Positions 18,258-27,969 of a DNA stretch of 32,081 nucleotides are shown piece by piece (the stretch's first letter is position 1; every line of letters starts with the position of its first letter). The stretch comes from an uncultured Acidobacteriota bacterium (lineage in GTDB: Bacteria > Acidobacteriota > Vicinamibacteria > Marinacidobacterales > SMYC01), in the NCBI GenBank assembly GCA_964518945.1, contig CAZFLB010000181.1:1-32081 (forward strand), given 5' to 3'. Under the pieces are notes generated by a model. It was not told the DNA's origin. It searched no databases and saw only the letters and a list, made by a program, of their open reading frames with translations. The position numbers and the translations under genes are program-made.

Positions 18258-19006
18258 TACTCCTGCTCCTTTACTACGGATTCCTCTGTAAGTCGCTGGA
18301 ACGGAAGCTCAAGAGAACCTTCCTCTTTTAGGTCGCTGGTCAGCCCTTCAAATACTAAACGGCCATTGTGTACAAAAATGACATAGTCTGCTATTGCATC
18401 GACTTCTTGAAGAATGTGCGTCGACACTAAAATTGTTTTTGAACTTCCAAGCTTTCTGATGTTCTGACGAAATTGGCGGATCTGATTTGGATCCAGCCCA
18501 GCAGTGGGTTCATCCATGATAAGAACATTAGGATCGTGGAGAAGGGCTTGGGCGAGACCAACGCGCTGGCGTAAACCTCGAGAGAGTTTGCTGATGGACT
18601 TTTCTAGAACATTGTGAAGATCGCAAAGTTCACACACTGCTTCTATGCGATCTTTTAGTTTCTGAGGAGCTAGTTCACGAGCCTCACCGAAAAACTCGAG
18701 AAGTTCGAGAGGAGTCATATCGAGATAGAGTGGCCCGTTTTCTGGAAGATAGCCGAGCTTTTTTGATGCTTCTATTCGTTCGGTGTGTATGTCGAGTCCT
18801 GCGATTTTGGCCGATCCTTCACTTGGAGCGAGATAGCCGGTGAGCATCTTCATTGTAGTTGTCTTGCCGGCACCATTTGGGCCAAGAAAGGCAACTACTT
18901 GGCCTTCAGGGATCGAAAAGCTGATATTTTCTATTGCAATGAAAGGGCCGTAGTACTTTGTTAGCCTACGAGCCTCTATCATCACTTTTGATGAATTTGA
19001 TTCCAT
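18257..19006 (-). CDS. ABC transporter ATP-binding protein (GldA-like)
   Basis: GPNGAGKTT, GYLPE..PLY, LSRGLRQRVG, ILMDEPTAGLDPNQI-type Walker B, STHIL. GGAGG RBS; 1-bp overlap with the permease. Confidence 0.93.
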   Translation of the reverse strand: MESNSSKVMIEARRLTKYYGPFIAIENISFSIPEGQVVAFLGPNGAGKTTTMKMLTGYLAPSEGSAKIAGLDIHTERIEASKKLGYLPENGPLYLDMTPLELLEFFGEARELAPQKLKDRIEAVCELCDLHNVLEKSISKLSRGLRQRVGLAQALLHDPNVLIMDEPTAGLDPNQIRQFRQNIRKLGSSKTILVSTHILQEVDAIADYVIFVHNGRLVFEGLTSDLKEEGSLELPFQRLTEESVVKEQE

Positions 19007-19286
19007 CTAGCAAAAACCTCCACCTGTAATTTATTGTAAGGATTAGTGCCTCTTTCCGGGGCTGGGATTGAGGTTTGTTTTTCTACAAGAAATTCTAGAA
19101 CAAGTATAGAAAAATACTACATAAACATATATTTCTAAACAAGTTTTTAGTTGAATTACATGAGATGATTTGTGTCATTTTGATTTTGTCAGTATGTTTA
19201 CAATATCTCGGTACTAATCCAACAAGCATCGTTGGTTCCTTGTTTGTTGTTTACCATATGAAATATTAAAGAGGAGGAAGCATTGT

Positions 19287-19943
19287 GTGATGGCTGATAT
19301 TAAATCACCTTTGGATGAAACTAGTATGCCCGAGGAAGAATATGCTGATTACATTATCGAGGGGGCGCGCTCAAGTCGTTCCAAATGCAAGACTTGTCGC
19401 AAGGCAATAGAAAAGGACGTTCTGCGGCTAGGCATACTCATAGAGGGACCATATGGGATTGGTTACTTGTGGCACCATTTAACCTGTGCTGCGAAGAGAC
19501 GAATTGATGATGTTGAGGTAGCTTTTGAACAGCAAGCTTGGGAAAAAGCAAAGTTGCGACCAAACAATATTCCTTCAATTGAGGAGATGCGCAGCATAAA
19601 TAAAAAATCTCAGTTGAAACGTGAAAATTCAAAAAAGATACCTTATGCAGAGTTAGACCCCTCTGGACGTGCCACGTGTAAGCATTGTGGAGAAATGATG
19701 GTGAAGGGTTTGCTGCGAGTTGTCCTTGGGCGTGAGATTGAATTTGGTTCCCAATATCGAACGATGCCAATCACTGTTCATGTTACCTGTGTCGCTGGAG
19801 AAATAGGAAAGGTTGATTGCAACACACGCTCAGAGGGTTTTGAAAGTTCTATTCGTAAGAATAGCGATGGGTTGACAGCAGAACAGATTCTGTCCGTGCT
19901 GGAAAACATAGGTGAGCTTCCAGAAGATGTTGATGGTAATTGA
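19287..19943 (+). CDS. Stand-alone protein with two PARP-type (CCHC) zinc fingers
   Basis: GAGGAGG RBS. Finger 1 C34-x2-C37-x26-H64-x2-C67 (IEGARSSRSKCKTC..I.K..LR..WHHLTC); finger 2 C131-x2-C134-x30-H165-x2-C168 (SGRATCKHC..K..LR..HVTC). Confidence 0.85.
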   Translation: MMADIKSPLDETSMPEEEYADYIIEGARSSRSKCKTCRKAIEKDVLRLGILIEGPYGIGYLWHHLTCAAKRRIDDVEVAFEQQAWEKAKLRPNNIPSIEEMRSINKKSQLKRENSKKIPYAELDPSGRATCKHCGEMMVKGLLRVVLGREIEFGSQYRTMPITVHVTCVAGEIGKVDCNTRSEGFESSIRKNSDGLTAEQILSVLENIGELPEDVDGN

Positions 19944-19959
19944 GTGGCAACGTTTTGAA

Positions 19960-21363
19960 CTAATCTCTAAGTTTTTCAAAAAGTTTGGAGTATTTTTTAC
20001 TTTTGGTTTCTATAGGAAGTGGATAGTTGCCAGTGAAACAAGCTGAGCAGTAGTTGTCAGCGTCGGAGCTTACTGATGTCATAAGACCTTCTTGTGACAG
20101 ATATGTGAGAGTGTCGGCATCGATAAATTTTGCAATCTCCTCGACGGAATGTGTAGATGCGATGAGTTCCTCTCTTTTTGGCGTATCGATACCATAGTGA
20201 CATGGACCAGTTGTTGGTGGTGATGAAACACAGAAATGGACTTCAGTAGCTCCTGCTTGTCGAAGCATTCCCACTATTTTACGACTGGTTGTTCCACGTA
20301 CGATTGAGTCGTCAATAAGGACGATTCGTCGTCCTTTGATTACTGAGCGAACTGGGTTGAGTTTTACTTTGACGCCAAAATGTCGAATGGATTGCCTCGG
20401 CTCGATGAAAGTGCGACCTACATAGTGGTTGCGGATAAGTCCAAACTCCATAGGTAATTCTGATTCTTGAGAGTATCCGATTGCAGCAACGACACCAGAA
20501 TCTGGGACGGGGACGACCACGTCTCCATCAACCAGAGCTTCTCGTGCTAGTTGACGTCCCATAGCTATGCGTGTTGCGTGTACATCTCGGCCGAACACGC
20601 GGCTATCTGGTCTGGCAAAGTAAACATGTTCGAATATGCAATGGGAAAGAGGTTTTTCTTCAAAGGGCCACAAAGAGCGTATACCCTTCTGATCTATGAC
20701 GATCATTTCACCTGGTTCTACCTCACGGATGTATTCTGCTTCTATTAAGTCTAAGGCGCAGCTCTCTGAGCAAAGCACGTAACTATCTTCGAGTTTGCCA
20801 AGAATCAGTGGTCGAAAGCCTCGTGGGTCACGAACGCCAACGAGAGAGTTTTCAGTTAGAAAGAGAAGAGAAAAAGCGCCTTCCACGTTTCGAACTGAGT
20901 CTAGGATTGCATCTTCACTGTTGGTCTTCGCAGATTTAGCATAAAGATGCAGTATTACTTCGGTATCACTCGTAGTTCGAAATATTGACCCGCGTTCGAC
21001 TAACTCGTGTCGGAGTATGTGGGCATTCACCAGGTTTCCATTGTGGCACACAGCGATCTCTCCAAATCGGCACTTTATGTAAATTGGCTGGATGTTGGAG
21101 TTGTTACTTTCTCCGGCAGTAGAATAACGTGTGTGACCGACAGCTTTTGTGCCAGAGAGTTTTTCGAGGGAGTGTTCATCAAATACGTCCGCAACATAAC
21201 CTTGGCGCTTTCGGCTTCGGAATCCACCTTGTGTGGAAGTGATGATTCCGGCGGCCTCTTGTCCACGATGTTGTAGTGCATAAAGACCGAGATAAACAAG
21301 CCGTGCTGCATCATGGTGTCCGAAGACACCGAATACTCCGCACTCATCAGAAAATCCGCTCAA
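19960..21363 (-). CDS. purF: Amidophosphoribosyltransferase (Bacillus-type, short propeptide, Fe-S cysteines)
   Basis: [65 protein letters not shown] 21363 overlaps the purL stop (TTGA); 21396 is an alternative start. Confidence 0.97.
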   Translation of the reverse strand: MSGFSDECGVFGVFGHHDAARLVYLGLYALQHRGQEAAGIITSTQGGFRSRKRQGYVADVFDEHSLEKLSGTKAVGHTRYSTAGESNNSNIQPIYIKCRFGEIAVCHNGNLVNAHILRHELVERGSIFRTTSDTEVILHLYAKSAKTNSEDAILDSVRNVEGAFSLLFLTENSLVGVRDPRGFRPLILGKLEDSYVLCSESCALDLIEAEYIREVEPGEMIVIDQKGIRSLWPFEEKPLSHCIFEHVYFARPDSRVFGRDVHATRIAMGRQLAREALVDGDVVVPVPDSGVVAAIGYSQESELPMEFGLIRNHYVGRTFIEPRQSIRHFGVKVKLNPVRSVIKGRRIVLIDDSIVRGTTSRKIVGMLRQAGATEVHFCVSSPPTTGPCHYGIDTPKREELIASTHSVEEIAKFIDADTLTYLSQEGLMTSVSSDADNYCSACFTGNYPLPIETKSKKYSKLFEKLRD

Positions 21364-23597
21364 GTTGATAATGCCTTTTGGATGGCTGTCCGCCAAGTAT
21401 TTCGGAGTTCGCTTACTTCAGCGGAGATAGTATTAAACCCGTTTATATGGACATTTAGCTGGTCACCACCAGTTACACCGATGTGCGATATTGGGATGTG
21501 ATGCTCCTCGGAGAGTTCTGTAAAGGCATCCACTGATTTTGTTGAAACACTAACTAATATTCTGCTTTGAGTTTCTGAAAATAAAACGCTGGTTGCATGC
21601 CTTGTAGTTTCCAGTGTAATGGTTGCTCCCATAGTTTCTCCTAAGGGTCCAAATAAGCTTTCAACGATAGACACCCCTAGGCCTCCATCACTTAAATCAT
21701 GTGCTTGTTGAAAAAGTTGCAGTGAGACGGCCTCTTTCATAAAACTATGAAGTGCTGCTTCGGCATCGAGATCGATCCCGGGCGGACATCCATCAATTCT
21801 TCCGTGGATTGTTTTCAAGTATTCAGTACCCCCAAGTTCATCGCTCGTGTTTCCAAGAAGATAGATCAGATCACCTCTGTTTTTGAAATGGTGTTGGATA
21901 ATGTGAGCACCGTTATCAATTAACCCAACTACTCCAACGACAGGTGTTGGATAAATACCTTCGCCTTCAGTTTCGTTATAAAAGCTTACATTGCCCCCCG
22001 TAATTGGAATATTTAGCCGTTTGCACGCATCACGCATGCCATCAATAACACGGGCGAATTGCCACATAATTTCTGGCTTCTCTGGGTTGCCAAAATTAAG
22101 ACAGTTGGTGGCTCCGACGGGAAACGCTCCCACTGATGCTACGTTTCGACATGCTTCTGCAACAGCGATTACACCACCGAGATAGGGGTTTAGATACGCG
22201 TAACGGCCGTTGCCATCTAAACACATTGCTAGAGACAGTGGTGTTCCTTTGATTCGGATGACGCCAGCGTCTGAACCTGGAAGTACAATAGTGTTGCTGC
22301 GTACCATGTGGTCATATTGTTCGAAGACCCAATGTTTACTCGCAATGTTGTGACTTTCGAGCATTTTCACTAGGGTGTCCGGGATGTTATTAGGCTCATC
22401 GAGACAGTTCGAGCTAATGGGTTTTTGTGCTCTTAAGCGGGAAGGTTCTTTCTGCGCCCTATCGTAAACGGGCCCTTCGTCAACTAGGCAGCGGTTAGGA
22501 ACAGTTGCGACGGTGCTTTTGTCGGCAATAACACGGAGTAACCCGTCTTTTGTAACTTTTCCAATTGCACTCGCATCTAGGTCCCATTTTTTAAAAATAG
22601 TTTCGACCTCTTTTTCTTTCCCTGCTTTTGCAACGAGTAACATACGCTCTTGTGACTCCGACAAAAGTATTTCGTAGGGTGTCATTCGGGTCTCACGTTG
22701 AGGCACTTTGTCTAGGTCGATCTCGATACCAACTCCACCACGAGCACCCATCTCTGCTGTTGAGCAAGTTAAGCCTGCTGCACCCATGTCTTGAATCGCG
22801 ATCAATGTGTCGGTTGCCATAAGTTCGAGGCACGCTTCAAGCAAGAGTTTTTCGAGAAAAGGGTCTCCTACTTGGACGGTAGGCCTCTTCTCTTCCGCTG
22901 TTTCGTCAAACTCAGCAGATGCCATCGTTGCACCGTGAATACCATCCTTACCAGTTTTGGCACCGACATAAAAAACAGGATTACCTTCCCCTTCTGCCTG
23001 AGCAAGAAAAATACGATCTCTTGGGGCTATCCCAAGACAGAATGCGTTAACAAGTGGGTTTAAGTTGTAACAGTCTTCGAAAACCACTTCGCCACCAATA
23101 GTGGGAATGCCTATGCTGTTGCCATAACCTCCGATTCCAGAGACGACACCGGACAGAAGTGAGCGGTTTTTCGCATTGTGTAGGGGACCGAATCGAAGGG
23201 AGTTCATCAGAGCAAGAGGTCTAGCGCCCATAGTAAAAACATCTCTTATGATACCGCCAACTCCTGTTGCCGCTCCTTGATAAGGTTCTATGAAAGACGG
23301 ATGATTGTGTGATTCGACTTTGAACACGGCCGCGAGGTCATGGCCTATATCGATAACCCCGGCATTTTCTCCAGGGCCCTGAATGACTCGTGGACTCAGA
23401 GTTGGCAGCCGTTTTAAGTGAACGCGTGAGCTCTTGTAACTGCAATGTTCAGACCACATGACAGAGAATAAACCTATTTCGGTCTGGTTAGGGCTACGTC
23501 CTAACTTCTTAACGATAGCGTCATACTCATCACGTGTGAGGTTGTGTGCTGCGAGAGTTTGTTCGAGGGAGTTATTCAACAGCGCGCCGTGGTCCAC
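21360..23597 (-). CDS. purL: Phosphoribosylformylglycinamidine synthase subunit PurL (small type)
   Basis: [50 protein letters not shown]. Confidence 0.98.
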   Translation of the reverse strand: MDHGALLNNSLEQTLAAHNLTRDEYDAIVKKLGRSPNQTEIGLFSVMWSEHCSYKSSRVHLKRLPTLSPRVIQGPGENAGVIDIGHDLAAVFKVESHNHPSFIEPYQGAATGVGGIIRDVFTMGARPLALMNSLRFGPLHNAKNRSLLSGVVSGIGGYGNSIGIPTIGGEVVFEDCYNLNPLVNAFCLGIAPRDRIFLAQAEGEGNPVFYVGAKTGKDGIHGATMASAEFDETAEEKRPTVQVGDPFLEKLLLEACLELMATDTLIAIQDMGAAGLTCSTAEMGARGGVGIEIDLDKVPQRETRMTPYEILLSESQERMLLVAKAGKEKEVETIFKKWDLDASAIGKVTKDGLLRVIADKSTVATVPNRCLVDEGPVYDRAQKEPSRLRAQKPISSNCLDEPNNIPDTLVKMLESHNIASKHWVFEQYDHMVRSNTIVLPGSDAGVIRIKGTPLSLAMCLDGNGRYAYLNPYLGGVIAVAEACRNVASVGAFPVGATNCLNFGNPEKPEIMWQFARVIDGMRDACKRLNIPITGGNVSFYNETEGEGIYPTPVVGVVGLIDNGAHIIQHHFKNRGDLIYLLGNTSDELGGTEYLKTIHGRIDGCPPGIDLDAEAALHSFMKEAVSLQLFQQAHDLSDGGLGVSIVESLFGPLGETMGATITLETTRHATSVLFSETQSRILVSVSTKSVDAFTELSEEHHIPISHIGVTGGDQLNVHINGFNTISAEVSELRNTWRTAIQKALST

Positions 23598-24277
23598 GCT
23601 ACGAGACTTTCAAACAATTTCCTGCCATCGGCAGTTCCGAGTTTTGGGTCGTAGCATCGATCGGGGTGAGGCATCAGGCCAACAACATTTCCTTTTTGGT
23701 TGCTGACAGCGGCAATATGCCTGGATGCACCGTTAGGATTAGAATTAATTCCGATTGAACCATTCACATCCACGTATCGAAAAATAATCCGGCGTTCGCG
23801 CTCGAGAACATCTAACACATCTTCTTCGGCGTAGTAGTTTCCTTCGGCATGCCCAATTGGAATGTGTAGAACTTCCCCTTCACTTAAAGTTGAAGTTAGG
23901 GGTGAGTCCGAATGTTCTGTACGCAAATACAAATAACGGCAGATGTAAGTGAGTGTATTGTTCCTGAGCATTACACCAGGTAATAGACCCGCTTCCTGGA
24001 GCATTTGGAAACCGTTACAGATACCAATGACAGGTTTTCCTACATTTGCCATTTCAGTGACTGCATTCATAATAGGAGAAAATCGTGCTATAGCACCTGT
24101 ACGCAAGTAATCTCCGTGTGCGAAGCCTCCCGGAAGGATTACTGCATCATATCCAGAAAGTGATGCCTGCTTGTGCCACACTAAATCGGTAGTTTCTCCA
24201 AACTCGTTCTGTAAGGCATACTGTACGTCTTCTTCACAGTTGGATCCTGGGAAGACACAGACTGCGAAGCGGGGCAA
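23576..24277 (-). CDS. purQ: FGAM synthase glutaminase subunit PurQ
   Basis: [36 protein letters not shown]. Start set to TTG 24277, just after the purS stop. Confidence 0.97.
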   Translation of the reverse strand: MPRFAVCVFPGSNCEEDVQYALQNEFGETTDLVWHKQASLSGYDAVILPGGFAHGDYLRTGAIARFSPIMNAVTEMANVGKPVIGICNGFQMLQEAGLLPGVMLRNNTLTYICRYLYLRTEHSDSPLTSTLSEGEVLHIPIGHAEGNYYAEEDVLDVLERERRIIFRYVDVNGSIGINSNPNGASRHIAAVSNQKGNVVGLMPHPDRCYDPKLGTADGRKLFESLVAWTTARC

Positions 24278-24278
24278 T

Positions 24279-24521
24279 TTAACTTTCAACCTCGACATCG
24301 AAAATTTCAAGAACCGAATTAGACAAAACGCGCTCACCGATCTGGCGAGCCATGGTCTTTGCCTCCTCCTGTGAACTTACATCCAATGATAATTCAAAGA
24401 ACTTCCCTTGACGGACACTACGGACCTTGTCGAAAGAAATTCCTTCTAGTGCACGTCTGATGGTTTCTCCTTGTGGATCATGTACAGCTGCTTTTAGGCG
24501 AACTATGACATTGGCTTTCAA
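24279..24521 (-). CDS. purS: FGAM synthase subunit PurS
   Basis: V.LK..V.DPQG, VRQGK.FEL, L.N.V.E; sits between purB and purQ. Confidence 0.96.
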   Translation of the reverse strand: MKANVIVRLKAAVHDPQGETIRRALEGISFDKVRSVRQGKFFELSLDVSSQEEAKTMARQIGERVLSNSVLEIFDVEVES

Positions 24522-24523
24522 AA

Positions 24524-25825
24524 CTACTCCTCAAATACTCGTTGATAAATGGTGTCAACATGCTTTAATTGCTTTTCTAAATTGAAGGCCGAATTAATTT
24601 CTGAATCACTAAGCCATTTCGTAATTTCTTTGTCGGTGCTTATAAGTTCTTGGAATGAACTCTTGTTTTCCCAAACCAACATGGCATTTTTTTGCACCAG
24701 ACGGTAGGCTTCTTCACGAGAGAGACCTTTTTTCGCAAGTTCGAGCAGTACTTGTCCACTGAATACGAGGCCTTTCATAGATTCGAGGTTGTTCCGCATA
24801 TGTTCCGGGTAGACGATCAATTTATCAATCACTGTGGTTGCCCGTCTTAAAATATGATCTGTTAAGATGTAGCTTGAAGGTAAAATCATTCGCTCTGCGC
24901 TTGAGTGTGAAATGTCACGCTCATTCCATAGTGGAATGTTCTCGAGTCCAGCCTGTAAATTTCCTCTGATAACGCGAGCAAGTCCGCTAATTTGCTCACT
25001 CACCACAGGATTTCTTTTATGAGGCATTGCCGAAGACCCTTTCTGTTTCTTGGAGAAAAATTCTTCAACTTCCCTGATTTCTGTCCGTTGGAGGCTTCGT
25101 ATTTCTACCGCGATTTTGTCGAGAGTACTTGCTAGTATTGCTAGGGAGGATAAGACTTCGGCATGTCTGTCACGTTGTAATACTTGAGTTGAGACAGCAG
25201 CAGGAGCCAAGCCAATTTTGGCACACACCTTCTCTTCTATATCAGGAGAAAGATGAGCAAAAGTGCCAACGGCGCCTGATAATTTACCTACGGCAACTCT
25301 TTGTCGCGCAGCTGTTAGTCTTTGGTGGTTGCGACGCATCTCGGAGTACCACAGGGCAAGCTTCATTCCGAAAGTCATTGGTTCTGCGTGCACTCCGTGA
25401 GTTCGACCGACCATTACCGTCTTCTTGTGTGTGTAGGCGCGTTCCTTTAATATACTTAGAAGCTTTTCAACATTTTTCAAAATAAGATCTGTCGCTTCGC
25501 GGAGTCTGATGCCAAGGGCAGTGTCAACGACATCATAGCTTGTCAGGCCAAAATGAATAAACCGACCTGCTGGTCCAACATTTTCGGCCATAGATTGAGT
25601 AAATGCGACAACATCGTGTTTAACTTCTTTTTCGATAGCGTCTATTCTTTCAATTGAATAATTTGCCTTCTTCCGAATTTCTCTTGCAGCATCTTGTGGA
25701 ATGATACCCGCTTCGGCCATTACCTCAGCCGCAGCAATTTCAACCTCCATCCAAGAATCAAATTTCGCTTCCTCACTCCAGATATGGCCCATTTCTGGGT
25801 GGACGTAGCGATTAGTTAGCATCAC
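24524..25825 (-). CDS. purB: Adenylosuccinate lyase
   Basis: HDVVAF, HFGLTSYD, GRTHGVHAEP, GSSAMPHKRNP, ERDISHSS. Confidence 0.98.
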   Translation of the reverse strand: MMLTNRYVHPEMGHIWSEEAKFDSWMEVEIAAAEVMAEAGIIPQDAAREIRKKANYSIERIDAIEKEVKHDVVAFTQSMAENVGPAGRFIHFGLTSYDVVDTALGIRLREATDLILKNVEKLLSILKERAYTHKKTVMVGRTHGVHAEPMTFGMKLALWYSEMRRNHQRLTAARQRVAVGKLSGAVGTFAHLSPDIEEKVCAKIGLAPAAVSTQVLQRDRHAEVLSSLAILASTLDKIAVEIRSLQRTEIREVEEFFSKKQKGSSAMPHKRNPVVSEQISGLARVIRGNLQAGLENIPLWNERDISHSSAERMILPSSYILTDHILRRATTVIDKLIVYPEHMRNNLESMKGLVFSGQVLLELAKKGLSREEAYRLVQKNAMLVWENKSSFQELISTDKEITKWLSDSEINSAFNLEKQLKHVDTIYQRVFEE

Positions 25826-26658
25826 GAGAAGACGAGCGAGCCCTGTTTGTTGTTGGTTGTTTTGTGTGTAGGCGCAGTCAAGCGAAGAAGAGGCGTAGGC
25901 TGTCTGTTGTGTGTAAGGTGCAGTTTAGGTGAGGAGCCTCCACGTCGCGCGAGTGCTTCAAGACAAGAATCCAGTACTAAGCTCTCATGGTTGTTTTGCT
26001 GCGACAAGTGTGCCAAAAACAGATGTCGCACGCCATCAGGAAGACGGTACTCTAGGTAATGAGCTACTGCGTCGTTGGACAAATGCCCCCATCTGCCTCC
26101 TATGCGTTTACGGATCGATTCGGGATAACTACTGTTGCGTAGCATATCAATATCGTGGTTAGCTTCTATCAGAATAGACGAACATCCGCGAAGTCCATTA
26201 ACAACATTCTCAGAAATGTGTCCGAGATCGGTGACGTGACCAAAGGCAAGTTTTCCCCTTCGTATACGAAAGCCAACAGGATCAGCTGCGTCATGAGGAG
26301 TTGAGAAGAAGTCAACTAGGAGTTTTCCGATTTTCATGCTGGAATTAGCGTAGACACGTACCCATTCAACATTCTTATCTGAAATTTTACTGATCCCTTC
26401 GTGCGTTCCCAATGTCGCAAAGATCTTGGCACTATGCTTTGCACAAAATCGCCAGGCGCCTTTTGTATGGTCACTATGCTCATGTGATAGAAGAACGGCA
26501 TCGATGTTTTTTGATTCAAAGCCTATTGTACGCAATCTCCTCTCAATTTCTCGGCAAGATAGGCCGGCATCTATTAGGATATTGACCGATCCGTCCGAAA
26601 GGAATGTTACGTTTCCGGAACTACCACTACCGAGTACTGAGATGTGAAATTCAGGCAA
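25822..26658 (-). CDS. MBL-fold metallo-hydrolase, YycJ/WalJ-like
   Basis: LGSGSSGN, LIDAG, SHEHSDH, PHDAADP, TDLG, EANHD..ML...YP, GHLSN, LAHLS..NN. Confidence 0.9.
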   Translation of the reverse strand: MPEFHISVLGSGSSGNVTFLSDGSVNILIDAGLSCREIERRLRTIGFESKNIDAVLLSHEHSDHTKGAWRFCAKHSAKIFATLGTHEGISKISDKNVEWVRVYANSSMKIGKLLVDFFSTPHDAADPVGFRIRRGKLAFGHVTDLGHISENVVNGLRGCSSILIEANHDIDMLRNSSYPESIRKRIGGRWGHLSNDAVAHYLEYRLPDGVRHLFLAHLSQQNNHESLVLDSCLEALARRGGSSPKLHLTHNRQPTPLLRLTAPTHKTTNNKQGSLVFS

Positions 26659-27907
26659 CTAACATCTCCGGTTTGAAATCCCAGTTTTTGTTCTTTCCCA
26701 GTATAGCCATAGCTAGCTGTCTTTCGCCAAACATATCTTTTGCAAGTTGGCAGACCTCTTCGGCCTCGACCTTTTCTAGATGGTCAAGAGTTTCTTTAAC
26801 CTCTATATCTCGGCCGAAATCTATTTCTTGTCGCGCCGCATGTGACATCCGTGCTCCGGGAGATTCGAGACTCATAAGTAAGCTGCTTCGAAAGTATGCC
26901 TTGGCGCGCAACAATTCTTCTGTTGATATGAGCTCGGTCTTTATACGACCGATTTCTTCCATCGTCAGTGTGACCAACTCTTTGGCGTTCTTTGGGTCTG
27001 TGCCGGCATATACGGTAAGTTGGCCACAATCATGATAGCTACTAATGCTGGAGTGAACCGTGTAGGCAAGGCCTCTGTCCTCACGAATGACCTGAAACAA
27101 ACGCGAACTTAAATTTCCACCGAGCACAGCATTAAGCACATATGCTGCGAATCGGCTGGGTGATGCTGAAGCTGGTGCTATTGTACCTACAACTAAGTGT
27201 GCTTGCTCGAGATCTTTTTCCTGAGAGTAAATAGTTGAAACCACATTCGGTGCAGTATCAGTAAGGCTGTCTGGTGACATCTGGAGGCTGCTAAATTTGG
27301 ATTCTACTATGTCTTGAAACGCTGCATGGTCGAGCCTTCCTGCTGCTGCGACGACAATGTTTGTAGGCGTATAAGTTCTCTCGAAGAACCGTGTTACTTC
27401 ATCTCGTTTAAAATCGCAGATTGTTTGGGGATTTCCTAAGATAGACCTCCCGAGGCTGTGATTTGGCCAAAATTGAGACGAAAAGATTTCGTGGACTAAT
27501 TCTTCTGGAGAGTCTTCTAAGCTTTTGATCTCTTCTAGAATGACCAGACGTTCATGCTCTAAGTCTTGGATATCGAAACGCGGTTCCAAAACAATATCTG
27601 AAAGAAGGCTGACAGCATGCGGAAGATCTTCACTGAGGACTTGTGCATGGAAGCCTACATACTCTTGAGATGTAAAAGCATCTATTTGGCCACCTATTGC
27701 GTCCATCTCTTGCGCAATTTGTGCCTGAGTTCGTGTGTTGGTACCTTTGAAAACCATGTGTTCGATGAAATGAGCTAACCCACTTTCCTGCTCTTCCTCG
27801 TGACGACTCCCTCTCTTTAGCCAAATTCCAACAGCAACGGATTGGACGTTAGGCATTTTTTCGGTAAGGATGGTAAGTCCGTTGGTTAGAATTTTTTTAC
27901 GGATCAT
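26651..27907 (-). CDS. M16 (pitrilysin/insulinase-like) zinc peptidase
   Basis: GSR.E...G.AHFIEHMVFKGT inverted HxxEH motif, SSRLFQ.IRE.RGLAY. Start moved to ATG 27907. Confidence 0.93.
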   Translation of the reverse strand: MIRKKILTNGLTILTEKMPNVQSVAVGIWLKRGSRHEEEQESGLAHFIEHMVFKGTNTRTQAQIAQEMDAIGGQIDAFTSQEYVGFHAQVLSEDLPHAVSLLSDIVLEPRFDIQDLEHERLVILEEIKSLEDSPEELVHEIFSSQFWPNHSLGRSILGNPQTICDFKRDEVTRFFERTYTPTNIVVAAAGRLDHAAFQDIVESKFSSLQMSPDSLTDTAPNVVSTIYSQEKDLEQAHLVVGTIAPASASPSRFAAYVLNAVLGGNLSSRLFQVIREDRGLAYTVHSSISSYHDCGQLTVYAGTDPKNAKELVTLTMEEIGRIKTELISTEELLRAKAYFRSSLLMSLESPGARMSHAARQEIDFGRDIEVKETLDHLEKVEAEEVCQLAKDMFGERQLAMAILGKNKNWDFKPEMLVA

Positions 27908-27969
27908 CCGGGAAGAGGAGAGGTTATCACAGCCGAATTGAAAGGAGCAAAATTCCAACTTTTGGTACC

